A stretch of DNA of 64,000 nucleotides, taken from assembly GCA_013239625.1 (NCBI GenBank), contig MU053881.1, positions 496,001 to 560,000 of the forward strand, written 5' to 3'. Of the stretch, positions 24,269 to 36,480 are shown one piece after another (the first letter of the stretch is position 1; each line of letters opens with the position of its first letter). The notes under the pieces are model-generated. The model was not told where the DNA came from, did no database searches, and saw nothing but the letters and a program-made list of their open reading frames with translations. The position numbers and the translations under genes are program-made. The DNA comes from Lama guanicoe. Lineage: Eukaryota.

Positions 24269-25049
24269 GGGTCTAGTTCTGGATCCAGTGATTTCATGGG
24301 TGTGTTCTCTCTGTGGGGATTCACTGAGTTACATGCTTATGACTTGTGCATATCTATATATATGTTATACCTCAATTAAGACGTTACTTAATAACGTTTG
24401 TTATTATGTAAGCAATAACAAACATAATGATCTGTTAATCAGTAGATAGGGTGTGTTTCCAGGTGTTGAAAAATACGCTGTGCTTTCTGCTTCTTTTTTT
24501 TTAATTTAGCTGCTTATGTGTTCCTCTCTTGATATTATATTTTTCTCAAGTAAACTTGTTAACAGCTGAGTAGATTACTGACTAAATTCTGACCCACTTT
24601 TTATTACCAAAGATTTGGTGTCAGCTGATCCGTTACTAACACAAAAAGTTAGGTCATTTCCATCTCTGGTGGCTTTAGTTCTTCCTGCAGAAAAGGAAAC
24701 CTCTTCATCTTTTGCTGGGTGTCTTTTGTTTCTTTGTTTCTATTTTTAAGTCTTTAACCCTTCAGCCCTGTTGGATTATGCAGCTTCCTCTGGGGCTAAG
24801 TAATGCTCAGCTGCCTGAGCTCAAACATCCACCTCTTACTTGGGACCACTCTTGGAGGGCTGCTTTGTGCAGACAGCAAGCATCTTTGAATTCATCTGAG
24901 TTTTTTAAATGCAGATGTTTTTAATATAGGAAAGTTAAAAAAGAAAATAGAAGGGGTCCTATTACTCACAGTAGTGCATGAAATACTTTCATTTGATACT
25001 TGTCTGTACTCTTTGTACCAGCCTTCCTCTCCTCCCTGCCCATCATACC

Positions 25050-26230
25050 ACTTGAAAAATAGGACAAAGTTGAAAAACTTATAATACTTGATTCCAAGAC
25101 TTATAAAGCTGTAGTAATCAAGACAGTGTTGTATTAATGTAAAGTAGACAAACAAATTGGAACAAAATAGTGCCCCAAAAAGACCATACAAATTGATCAA
25201 TAGATTTTTCAACTAAAGTACCAAGGCAGTTCAGTCGGAAAAGGATAATCTTTTAAACAAATGACGCTGGAACAATTGAATATCCAAAAGCAAAAAACTG
25301 AACTTCAATCTTTATTTCCCACCATATACAAAAACGTACTTGAAGTGGATCATCTAAATGTAAGAGCCAAAAATATAAAACTTCTGCTCGAACACACAGG
25401 AAAAAATTGTAATGACTTTGGATTTGGCAAAGATTTTTTTATATTCTGACACAAAAAGGACACACTATAAAAGGGGAAAAAAATCAATAAATTGGATTTT
25501 AATAAAATTTAAAACTTCTGCTTTTCAAAGGGCATTGTTATGCAAATAAAAAGGCAAGCCACAGACCGGGAGAAAATATTTGCAAAGCATATGTCTGACA
25601 AAGGACTTGTTTCTAGAATATATATATATTTTTAAATGCTTACAACTCAGTAATAGGAAGACAACTACATTTTTTTAGCAGGCAAAAGGTTTGAACAAAA
25701 TGCTTCACAAAAGAAGATATACAATTGGCCAAAAAGCACATGAAAATATGCCAAATATTAGGGAGATGCAGACTAAACCCGCAGTGAGCTACTACTGCAC
25801 GCCTGCGAGAGTGGGTGAAATGCAGAAGGTGACCATCTAGATGTCGATGAGGCTGCCGAGCACCTGGAGCTCTCCTGTGCTGCTGGTGGGCGCCCAGTGG
25901 TACAACCACTGAGAAAAGCAAGTGTGCACCTGCCCAGTCATTCCACCCCTAGGTATCTCCCTGAGAGGAAGGACGGCACGTGTCCACGCTCAGACTTGTA
26001 CACACAGCAGCTTTATTTGAAAGCGCCAATAAATCACACTATGCTTCCACTTAAATAAAATTCTAGAAAGCTGCAAACTAATCTGTGATTTATGTGGAGA
26101 TGGGAGTAGGGCTGGAGAAGAGGAGGAGTTCTCAGAGGCACCAGGAAACTTTGGGGGGTGATGAAGGTGTTCACTGTCTCGATTCTGGTGATGGCTTCAG
26201 GGGTGTGCATTTTGGTGAATCACATACACT
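25050..26230 (+). mobile_element. L1M ORF2 3' part and 3' UTR
   Basis: gacttataaagctgtagtaatcaagacagtg...gagaaaatatttgcaaagcatatgtctgacaaaggactt...ggaaactttggggggtgatgaa. Confidence 0.85.
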
Positions 26231-27022
26231 TCAATAAGGCTATAAAAACAAACACTTATCCAGAAAAGGAAGGGCCAGAGTAAATATGGCTTAGCTCTGA
26301 ATAGCCGAAAGAGTCAAATAATGTAAACATCGGATTTTTTAATCAAAATATAGTTATATTGGAGCAATGGAAAGTATGTGTGGATGGTAGAGGGGAAGAT
26401 GAGGAGGAAATCCTCATTTTCCATAGTAGGGGTGCAGGAGATAAAGTCTAAGACAAAGAAGTAGGAAGGACTGACAAAGGCACATTACTCAGAGACATAG
26501 ACTGGCTTAAAGTGGCCGCCTGCGAGAAAGGGGCTGGAGATGACAGGTTTTGACTTGTGTAGAATTAACCATGTGGAGGTATAACTTTAAAACAAATAGA
26601 AACTTTTTAATGCATGATCAGAGCCCCCAGGTCGCAACCCCATCTGCCCAGCTGAGGAAGGGGCTCTGTTCCCACCCCCAGCCTCCCCCAAAACAGGTGC
26701 TCAGACAGGCGGTTTGGTAGCTCGCCACGTGATCATGTGCCCCAAGGCGGAAGTCTTCACACGTGTGAGAGGAGTCTTTCTCAGAGCACCAGGCAGCCTT
26801 TACTCGGAGAGCCCCAGCGGCTAATCTCAGGGACCCCAACACTGGGACTCACATGTTTGTGTGCACTGAGGGACGCCTGCGTTCTTTCAGCCATGAGAGT
26901 CCAAAATAGAGATATTTGAGAAAACATGATGCTTTGACGATAATCCACGTTCTTTCCCTCAAGCCACGTGGGGAGTGCGGCCTGACGACCTATTAAGCCT
27001 GTGCTTCGTGTTCCCTTTCCAG

Positions 27023-27132
27023 GCGGTCACGTCTTCCATCGGAACTCTCTGTCCCCTCGGAGCCTGGTGTACGAAAGTGACTTCTCCACGATCGAGCCTT
27101 CTTTGGACATGTATGATGAGAACAAAACCTGA
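27023..27132 (+). CDS. RNF130: Candidate distal alternative last coding exon of RNF130
   Basis: cctgac branch-like motif, gttccctttccag| acceptor; joined to the phase-1 exon ending 7028 it reads SGHVFHRNSLSPRSLVYESDFSTIEPSLDMYDENKT*; CpG-retaining, coding-like; resembles RNF130 C-termini I recall from other vertebrates (not verified). Confidence 0.8.
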
Positions 27133-30100
27133 TTTTTTTCAAACGGGCTGTTGGGGGTCACCTCTTTTGTGATTTGATTTATGATCACCTTTCTTATTTT
27201 GTATTCTTCTGTCAGCGTCCATTTTGGAAGAATGGCAGTGCTTTCCAAGCACAGGCTGGGGCTCAGGGTTAAACTGCACAGTTCCCTCCCCGGTGAGGCT
27301 TTGAGGACAGCTTTATTGCCCAGGTGGCCTCATGGCACCGAAAACCTACCCAAAGCTGGCCACTGAACGTGGGCCCCGACAAGCTTGGCTGTTTTCGGAG
27401 AAGAGGCGGGGCTCAGGGGTTACTGTTGCATTGCGAATGTGTCTGTGAATAACCACCTGCTATTCCGTGTCGGGGTGACGTTGGGGTTTTTTAAATACCT
27501 TTTGTGCTCCCCACTTATGATGCATACTAAAGTCTGCAGGTGCCGCTTCTCACTGATGTGGGGCACAAGTTGCTGCTCCCTGGCCTGCTCTGTATTTTCC
27601 TGTCACTTATTCCACTTCTGGTTAATGGGCCTCTTTCTAAAGGTTCCTAAGAGAAAGCCTTGTCTTTGTCCCTGTCTGAGACTGACCACCCAGGGCACCA
27701 CAGTGGAGCTGCGGGCTGTGTGGGACAGGCATCATTCGTGTTGTCATTTCCAGCCTCCCCCGGAGAGCGAGAGTAAGGTGACAAGTGCTTATGTGGCTGC
27801 TGAAACACTGAAGGCCCTCCCTGACCGTGAGGCCAGTGGACTTGCCTTCTTGGCAACCGCGGAGGTGTGTGGGGTGGTGGTGCTGGGGAGGCCAGCCGGG
27901 CGGTCTTCCCCAGGCACAGTGGTCCCGGGGTGGCAGCCAGTGGGTGTCGAAGTCAGAACGTTCTGAGTACTTTCTTGAGGGAATCAAACCACCTTCTTGC
28001 TGTTAGACCCCAGATAAACACCCTCTTCAGCCCAGGCCTCTCCTGCCAGCCTCGGCGTCGCACGGAGCAGGCATGCGAGCTTACAGGAAAGGACGCGGCG
28101 GCCAGCGTGGGGGACCTTGGGACACGTGTGCTCCTCCCGCATGCCTGGGATGACCTCAAGCTAACGCCACAAGAAACTTGTACCTTTAGAGTCATCCCAA
28201 CACAGAACCACGATAAACAAATTTATAAAAACACATTGCGCATCCTTTCTGCTCAAGGACACACCATCTCTCATCGACACGAGCCATGTGAAGATGTGAG
28301 TGTAAATCCCCAGCCCCTTGGATGAGACTGGAAGCGTCGGTTCCGTGTGCCCGGAGTTAGATCTGGCAGCAAACCGCATGGACTCGCCCTGGTTATGCTT
28401 ACTGACTCCGGGACAGAAGTTTCCGGTGAACACTTGCCATTTCTCCGTGTGCGGCTGGTTTCTCTCTATCAGCGTCTCCTCTCGTGATGTGTTGCCAAGA
28501 TGCCTCAGGCCCTGTTGTGCCCGGAACAAACCCCCTCAGAGAGCCAGAGTGTGACATTGCCTTGGAGTGACCAGCAGCGTTTTATTTCTAATCATTTGAG
28601 GCTGAAACAGTGCAGATTTGTAAGGTCTTAGCAGCTTTTTCTTTTTACCTTTAACCAAGGGCTTTAATTTGTTTGTTTTTTCCTCTTTATAGTCTTTGTA
28701 CTATAAAAATATTTTTGATAAACAGTTCCAAGCAAGCACTGTTGAGAAAGACAGGTTTGCCCCACTGGCTTTACAGCAGGAGACTCTGTCTCAAGGAGAT
28801 GCCAGGGGTTCCAGACACGCACCTGCGTTTGTATTTGGTTTGGCTCATCTGACAGAGAAGAGGGCTCAGTTCTGACCACGTTGTCCACACCGTGACCTTG
28901 TTTTCCTGAACCAGAACTCAGATCTCAGCTGCGTGTTTTCTTCTGGTTTGTACAGTCTTGCAAAAGCATGTCCATTAAATTTCACTCCAGATATTTATTC
29001 CTCCGCTGAAAAGAAATGAAATGACTTCAGAAGAAATTAAAAATTCAAGCACCTCAAAGTCCACCTATTAATACAATATTTGAATTTCTGGTAAATCTAG
29101 GGCACACCCTCAGTGTCAAATGACCAATTTCTTACAGGGGAATTATCTCAGAATAGTGCTTCAGATCCCAGCTTGACACCCTTTTCCTAAAAATCGGGGC
29201 CACTCTTCTGCTCAGCTACAGAATGTCTTGCCTTTGTCAGGAGGGACAGTAACTTCTCCGTGAAGGTCATGTACTCTGGGAGTAATGAGGGTAGCACTTT
29301 TCATCCCAAACAGCAAAGCCGTCTCGGCTGGCAGCTGGACCAAGGAGAAGTTCTCGGCGGAGCCACCCAGGGACCCTGGCAGGGCTGCCTGCCCCGTGAG
29401 CTTGGTGAGTGCACACTTCTCACCGTGGGCAGCCCTGCCTGTGAGAAGCTTGAGGCTCGGGGAGCAGAGGTTACTGGCCACACAGCATGGCCGGGCTACG
29501 GAGAGGGCTTCTGCTATGTGTGAGTGCTCTCAGCTGCTGCCAGCCTTACAGCTGCAGTGGCTATTAGCCAGGAAGTGCATGATGACATCTGAGTGTTTTT
29601 TGTGGGTTTTTTTGGTGGGGAAAGGTGGGGAGTACATTTTGAAGAGTGAAAGGGACAGAGGAACGAGCTTCTTACACCACAAACCCTCTGTCCCTCCAGT
29701 AGACTGCTCTGAGCTGGGTCCGGCTCCAGCCCCTGCCTCCCGGCATGACCTCCACCTTGCCCCCAGGCCACGCTCGGTGCAGAACCAGCAGACACCACAG
29801 GATGTGTGTGGAGTGGGGTCTGGAGCAGCCAGAACTATCAGCTAATCAGCTTGGAACTGGATTGTGACAGCTGAAATGCAGGCACTTACAGTTTGGCGAT
29901 TTTGAACTTCCTAAGGGGAGAACTGCCCGTGGCCCTCCTGTCCTGTCATCTCAGGGAGCGGGGAGAGGCAACTGGACAGCAGGAGGATCAGGCTTGGGGG
30001 AGTGAGTGGGCAGCACGTCTGTCCAAGGCTGCCTGCCTCTGCCCGCTCAGGGGAGGACAAGCTCCCCCCAAGATGGTCAGAACCACCTGGCAAAGTCGGT

Positions 30101-33100
30101 GAATCCAGCCTCTGAGGAAAGGCTCCATCTCCCGGGCCCTCCTCAGGCCTGGCTCAGAGGCGCGTCACAGGGCACTTCCCTGGACACCAGTTTGAACTGA
30201 TGCACGCAACAGCCCAGCTTCCGAAAGATGCAGACGCAAGGGGTTTAAGCAAAATAAGAGTACTAAATTTCACTAACTTGGTATTTCCCGTGGGCTTTGT
30301 AAGCTCTTCTCGTATTTTTATTACCCTTTACATCCAGTTCTTTCCTTGATCTACAAGTTAAGTGAAACTGGTTTTAATGGAAGAAAAATCAAAATGTTAT
30401 CTGGCTTACAGTTCCCCTTTATTATCCAGGCAGCGGTCCTGCTGCAGGACAACATGGAGGTGGTGTTAGAGTCAGGTCACCTTGACAGAAGGTTGCTGCT
30501 TGTAAATGTCATGAAACAAATACTGTGTTTCCAGGAAGTAGCATTTAGAAGGAAAAAGGCAGGGCTAGCAGGCCTTTAGTCAGCTCCCACTGTGTGCCAC
30601 ACACAAACACAGGCAGTTAAGGTGAATCCAGGGATCATTAGGAATTTGGCTGTTGTGGGAAACTGGCACATTAACAACCAGTTGGGATGTGAGACCAGAT
30701 GAAACAATGGCGGATGGCGAGGGGCGTTCCCTTGGGCAGATGGAGGGGCGTGGCGCGGTAGCCCCGCCCACGGGACCCCTCGCTTGCTGAGGATGCAACA
30801 GCTTCCGTGAAGACAGGCCAGGTGGAGCCGAGACCAGCAAGGCTGTGGTTTCACCTCCTGGGCAGGGAGGGCTTTGCCGCGGGGAGGGCCCAAGTCTGTT
30901 TTGGAGAGAGAGGGAGCTGGGGTGGGAGTGGGCCAAGGAGGCCCTGCTGTGCCTGGGTGCCGGGGTCTGATTGACAGAGGGAAAGTGGGGAGCCACGAGA
31001 TTGAAGCAGAAGCCAGGAGCAACCTCGGTGACTGGGTGGGTGTCGGAGAGACACAGGGAGAGAGCCACCTTGGGTCTGGGGGCTGCTGGGGCCTCAGGGG
31101 AGGCCTGGAGATGCAGCTCTGGGTCTCAGGCAGAGGTTTGGTGAGGCGAGGGTGGTCAGCGTATGGCCCCTCTGTGCATCAGAACCCTGGGAAGCTGTGT
31201 TTTAAATGTACATGTCACTTCGACCTGCTGTGACCACTTCGACTCTCCATGTGACCGCAGTCCCTCAGGCGCCCCACATCGCTCCCTCTCCCCCCTCCCA
31301 CACACACACTCTCTAGAATTAGACTCAGGCCTGGTGTTCCTAAGCTAAGTTCAGATGATGACTGAAGCCAGAATGGGGCTAAAATTGCCCAGTGATCTGA
31401 GAACCAGGCTTGGGATAAAGCCCTGGGGACGCTGATATTGAAGGTATGGAAGAGAAGGAGCTATAGACAGAAGCTGATTTAGAAAAGCCACTGAGTGTAA
31501 AGGAAGGTTGGGCTTGGTGAATCATTCCAAAGCCCACTGGGACAAGGAGGAAATGAGTGTTGAGTACACACGTTCACATAACGTCCATGGGTGTGGCTAG
31601 GATCCCCTCCACAGGGCTGGAAAATGCCTTAGACGTTTTAAGTTTCATAACATCAGAGAAAACACAGAATGACGGAGACAGAGGTAAGGTGCGTGTTTGC
31701 TTCGTGGAATTGTTCTTCTCTTACTGTCCTACAAAATGGCAGGAAAAGCAAAGCGAGCTGGATCCCACGACTAAGGGAAGAAGGGTTTCCCCCACAGGGG
31801 CTGTGTCCCCAGCCCGCCGGCCCCTATCACTTCTCTGGGGCTCTGGGTCCCCAGCTCACACCAGCCTCTTAGAGCCTGAGTGAGGGGGGCTGAGTGCGGT
31901 CAGGAGCCCCACTGTGGCCCTGGGGCTCCTCTGGGGCTTTGGTCAAGTCAGGAGGTCTGTCTGCTTTCTTCGGGGTGCCCTGAAAGAGCCCAACAAACTG
32001 AGCCTTGAAGAAGAGAGCCCCGTGGGTCCCCAGCAGACGCGGGGTGAAGGCAGTCAGAGCTGCGTCCCACCAGCCTCAGTGACCGTGCAGGGGAAGGGAT
32101 GTTGTCAGTCTCAGCTACTGAAAGGACAATGTGTCTGTCCAGGACTTGACTTTCATGGCCCCACAGGGCTCTAGGGGACCCTCCAGTCCATGACCTGGGA
32201 CTCATCTGGGGTTTGGCCTCTGCTCAAGCCATTTTTTTTCTTCACTCCAACTTGGGGAAGAGGGAAGATACTTTATGACAAAAAACAAAAACACCTTGAA
32301 CTTCATGCAAACTTGAGGATTAAAGTCTCAGAAGGATGCAGTGCTGTTGGGGTCACTCAGACCCCTGTCCCAGCCTTTCCTACTTCCTCCCCTTGAATCT
32401 TCCACATGCATGTTCCACAAAGGACAGAGGTTTCGGGCAACATGGACCCAGGCTGGCAGCCTGAAAGGCAGGACTTCCTCAGACACAGAGCCCTGAGAGA
32501 CATTGCTGGGAGCCCAGAGGCAGCTGCCGGGGCGTGCGTGTGCAAGCCAAGGGTGGCGTCCAGCGGGAAGCGCCTTTATAAACCGCACACACTCTTCTTC
32601 TGCGGAAAGCCAAGAGCTGGAGGATATCATCTGCACCCTTTTCTCAGCTGTGGCGGACCCTTGATGAGTGGGGACACATCTTTCAGGGTCCCCCACTGTT
32701 TAACGCTGGGCGGGAGTGGCTCATTTCTCACCGTCCACTGCGGTCCATGTGGGTGGGCATGTGTACAGGGAAGGGGCCTTTGGGTCAGCTGGCAGCCTGA
32801 CTGGCCTTCGTCAGCTCCTTACCCCTCAGCTGATCATCGCCCTCTCTCTCCAGCTCTCTTTACTGGCAGCTGCTGAGAGTGGCAGATGAATGATCTGAGC
32901 AATGTTTTACAAATTTAACCCAACACCAAGGGAATTCTAATCTGCTTTTGGAATGATCCTTCATCAGTAATTAAGCCCAAGGATATTTACACTATGTGAT
33001 ATTAAAGGACTTTTATAGTGACTGGGCGCTACTGAGCCAAGATGTTTGTCAAAACAGAAATGGGGAGGGTAGGTAGACTCTTACATCCGAGGCCATTTCT

Positions 33101-34137
33101 TTCCCTTAAGGTGAGTGAGCTGTCCCTAAGCAGAAAGGCTAACTGCCTAGTGCCTACCAGCCTGCTGTGCGGACCAGGTCACTGGGTGTGGCCAGTGCCA
33201 GGGTCCCAGCCTCCCAGCCTGAGATGACACATGCCATCCTGGAGAGGAGTGGAGAGGGTACCATGTCCATTCATCCCCTGGCAGCCCAGGCCTGCCTTGC
33301 TGACCCACCTGGAGGAGAGGCACCGTTGGCCCGTGCTTAAGGCAAGAATCTGGTGTCTTAAGCTGAGCGTGCAAAGCAGGGTCTTCTCCTGAGTGGCAAT
33401 GGCTCTGGCTAAAGAAACTCGACCATGATCACAGGAATAGGAAAAGATTCCAAGCTAGGAAATGCTGTTTGGACTCCAGGGGACACTGTCACACTGTCAC
33501 CACCTTATGGAACAGTCTGTTACTGTACAAGAGAAGGAGATGGTCCGAGCCCCAGGCCACATATGTCACAATTGTTTTTGACCCTCAGTAGCTTTTATAC
33601 ATAAAATATTAAAGTGAACCCCTTTCACATTTGGGTCGTTCGGAGAGCTCCTCTTACTCTGGGTTCCTGCTAACTATGCACAACATCTCAGAGGACAGCA
33701 TCCAAAGCTATTTTTCTAACTATAGCACAGGGAATTTGGGGTGGGGGAGGCTTGGGATAAACCTAAGTGTGGCAAATAGCTTATCGTCCACCTTGATGGA
33801 TGGAAGGTTACACAGTGCACTTGACTTTAGTTCACTATTGGAGAGCTTGTGCCAGGAAGAACGCACATCAAATCTCCAAGAAGCAGAATTGATCATTAGC
33901 TTAATTAGGGGGTGCACAACGGGGGGGGGGTCACCGTGTCTAGAACACGGGCACCTGCAATGAACGCGAGCTGATTTCTTGGCCATCAGATCTTAGCCCT
34001 TTGAAGTGTTCAGGCAGCACAACTCCTAGGCCCATATGGTTGATGTAAGCATAGTTAAACCGTGAACCTGTACGGTGTGTACCTGTATGCCGATAGTGTA
34101 TACCTGTATATGTGGGATTTACTAATGTAACCATTTC

Positions 34138-34143
34138 AATAAA
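34138..34143 (+). terminator. Candidate polyadenylation signal (possible distal RNF130 3' end or end of a retrocopy)
   Basis: AATAAA followed by a short A-rich run and a GU-rich stretch (gtcttgttggtg); first canonical AATAAA I find downstream of the 27023 exon. Confidence 0.35.
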
Positions 34144-34194
34144 AACCTATTGAAAAAGATGCTCTGGCCGCGTGGAGTCTTGTTGGTGATTACT

Positions 34195-34677
34195 TGTATC
34201 AGTGAGGACTTCTCTGGTTGCAAATGACAGAAACCCCAGCCAAAACTGGCTTAAGCCAAAGGGAAGTGTAGTGCTCACAGAAGCTAAAATGCCATGCTCA
34301 CCTCAGTTATGGCATGGCGTGGCCCTCAGTCGCCGACACCAGGACACATCTGCAACTTTGGTTCCTCCAGGTAAACTCCACTCTCAGGCTCAGGGAGATG
34401 GTAGGCCCACCAGCTCAGGAGCTGGTCTACTTCCCCATGAGGTAACCCAGACCAGAATGACATCTCCTTGACCCTGATTGGCTTGGTTGGAAACACATGG
34501 CCGTTTCCATCCACTGTGGTCACAGAGGTAGAATGCACCATCAGCCGAGGCCAGCATGGGCTCCACTTGTGTGGCCCAGGAGTGCATTCAGCTTCACCTG
34601 AGAGCTGGAAGGCAGAATCATGATGCTTCCTGGGGAGAAGTAAATGCTGGGGCAAACACAGCAAGTGTCCAATACAT
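34195..34677. mobile_element. MLT1-type (MaLR) solo LTR
   Basis: Starts tgtatcagt...ggttgcaaatgacagaaacc...aactggcttaagc, ends gtgtccaataca (TG...CA). Confidence 0.65.
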
Positions 34678-34879
34678 GTAAGAAAGAGTTGGAACCAAAA
34701 AGTTCTGGACATTAAAACTACCTCCACCACTTACTAGGATGAACTTGGCAAATCATTTCACCTGTCTGGGTTTCAGTTTTATCTCTATAATAGGGATTTT
34801 AAAATACCTACCTCATAGGGTAAACATGTGAGGATTCGATTTAAAATAATGAAAGAACTAGGTTTAATATTATACATCT

Positions 34880-35975
34880 GATAACAGTATAGTATCTGGA
34901 ATATATAAATAACTCTTACAACTCAACAATAAAAAGACAGCCCAATTTTAAAATGGGAAAAGAATATTAAGAGACATTTCTCCAAAGAAGATATGTAAAT
35001 AACCATTCAAATGACCATCACATACCTAAAAAGATGCTCAACATCATCATAAGCCACTAGGGAAGTGCAAATCTAAACCACATGCGATACTACTTTATAC
35101 CTGCTAGGGTGGCTATAGTAAAAAAATATATTAGACTGTAGTAAGTGTTGACTAGATACAGAGAAACTACAACCCTCACCTATTACTGATGGGAATGTGA
35201 AATGGTACAGCTGCTTTGGAGAACAGTTTGCAGCTTTACCATGTGGCCCAACAATTCCACTCTTAGGGATCTACCCAAAAGAACTGAAAACACATTCACA
35301 CAAAAACTTGTATATAGATGTTCACAACAGCACTATCCATAATAGCCCAAAAGGGGAAACAACCCAAATGCCCATCAACTAATGAATGAATAAATAAAAT
35401 GTGGTATATCCATACAGTGGAATATTATTCAGCCATGAAAAGGACGGAAGTACTGACACCTGCTACAACATGGATGAACCTGGAAAACATTATGGGAAGT
35501 GAAAGAAGCAAGTCATGAAAGGCCACACACTGTATGATTTCAATTATATGAAATGTCCGGATGGGAAAACCTAAAGGGATAGAAATAGACTGGTGGTTGC
35601 TGGGGGTGGAGGGGGATGGAGAAGGGGAAGTGACTGCTAATGGATAAGAGGTTTCTTTATGAAGTGATGAAAATATTCTGGAATTCCGCTGCCACCTCTC
35701 AGCCACCTATAAGCCTCCAGGGATGATCTTAAAGTGCCCCATCTGGCCTCCTGTTGGGTTCTGGCAGGTTCAGTGCAGCAGGGTGATCCTGCATCCCAGT
35801 TATCCCTGTGCTCTCTCCCTGGTCCCCTCAGGGCTTTGCCTTCCTCCTGGAGCTGGATTTCCTCCTTTGCAGATAGATAGTGTTAATGGTTGCACAACTT
35901 TGGGAATACACTAATCACTGAACTATGTATTTTAAAAGGGTGAATTTTATGAAATGTGAATTATATCTTAGACAA
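34880..35975 (+). mobile_element. L1MB-type 3' end, interrupted at ~35686-35870
   Basis: agacatttctccaaagaagat...caattccactcttagggatctacccaaaagaactgaaaac...gatgaaaatattctggaatt // agatagtgttaatggttgcacaac...aaaagggtgaattttat. Confidence 0.85.
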
Positions 35976-36051
35976 TAAAGGGGGAAAATGAAATAGGCTT
36001 AGCACATCCTAAGTGTTCAATAGCTGTTTGTTCTTTTCCTTCTAATAAAGA

Positions 36052-36202
36052 ATAGTTCTCAAAAGGTGGTCTCCAGGTTAGTGACATCACTATCACCTAG
36101 GAACTTGTTAGAAGTGCAGATACTCTGAGGTGGGTCCCAGAATCTGTGTTTCAGCAAGCCCTGCAGGTGATTCTGACACACACTCAAGTTTGAGAACCAC
36201 TG
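36052..36202. mobile_element. MER5A-like hAT-Charlie MITE
   Basis: agttctcaaa...atcacctaggaacttgttagaagtgcaga...caggtgattctga...aagtttgagaaccactg terminal inverted repeats. Confidence 0.8.
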
Positions 36203-36253
36203 GAATGCGGGAACAAAATAACCCTTTACCTCCCCTCAGGGTGTTTACAGGTA

Positions 36254-36480
36254 CAGTTGACCCTTGAACAACACAAGTCAGGGGCGTCTACCCTCTGCGA
36301 GGTCGAAAATCTGAGTATAACTTAGTCGGCCCTCTGAGTATGAAGTTCCTCTTTTCTGCAGTTCTTCATCTGATGATTCAACCAACCACCGATCATGCGG
36401 TACTGTAGCATTGACTGTTGACAAAAATCAGAATATAAGTGGACCAGCACTTTCAAACCCCGGCTGTTAAGGGTCCACTG
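36254..36480. mobile_element. Tigger2-like TcMar DNA transposon (internally deleted)
   Basis: TA + cagttgacccttgaacaac ... tgttaagggtccactg inverted termini. Confidence 0.75.

Larger units (their letters stand above)
19400..24380 (+). mobile_element. Old, degraded near-full-length L1M (ORF1 end, ORF2, 3' UTR) hosting younger L1 insertions
   Basis: A-rich + strand; ORF2 remnants such as cctagatggtttcactggtgaatt (PDGFTGE), aattcaacaccc, caataaatggtgctggg; many stops. Confidence 0.85.

Noticed and set aside
24766..24810. Possible extra RNF130 cassette exon (pyrimidine tract, ttcag| ... ctaa|gtaatg)
   Set aside because: Weak donor and no recognisable peptide; cannot be supported without transcript data
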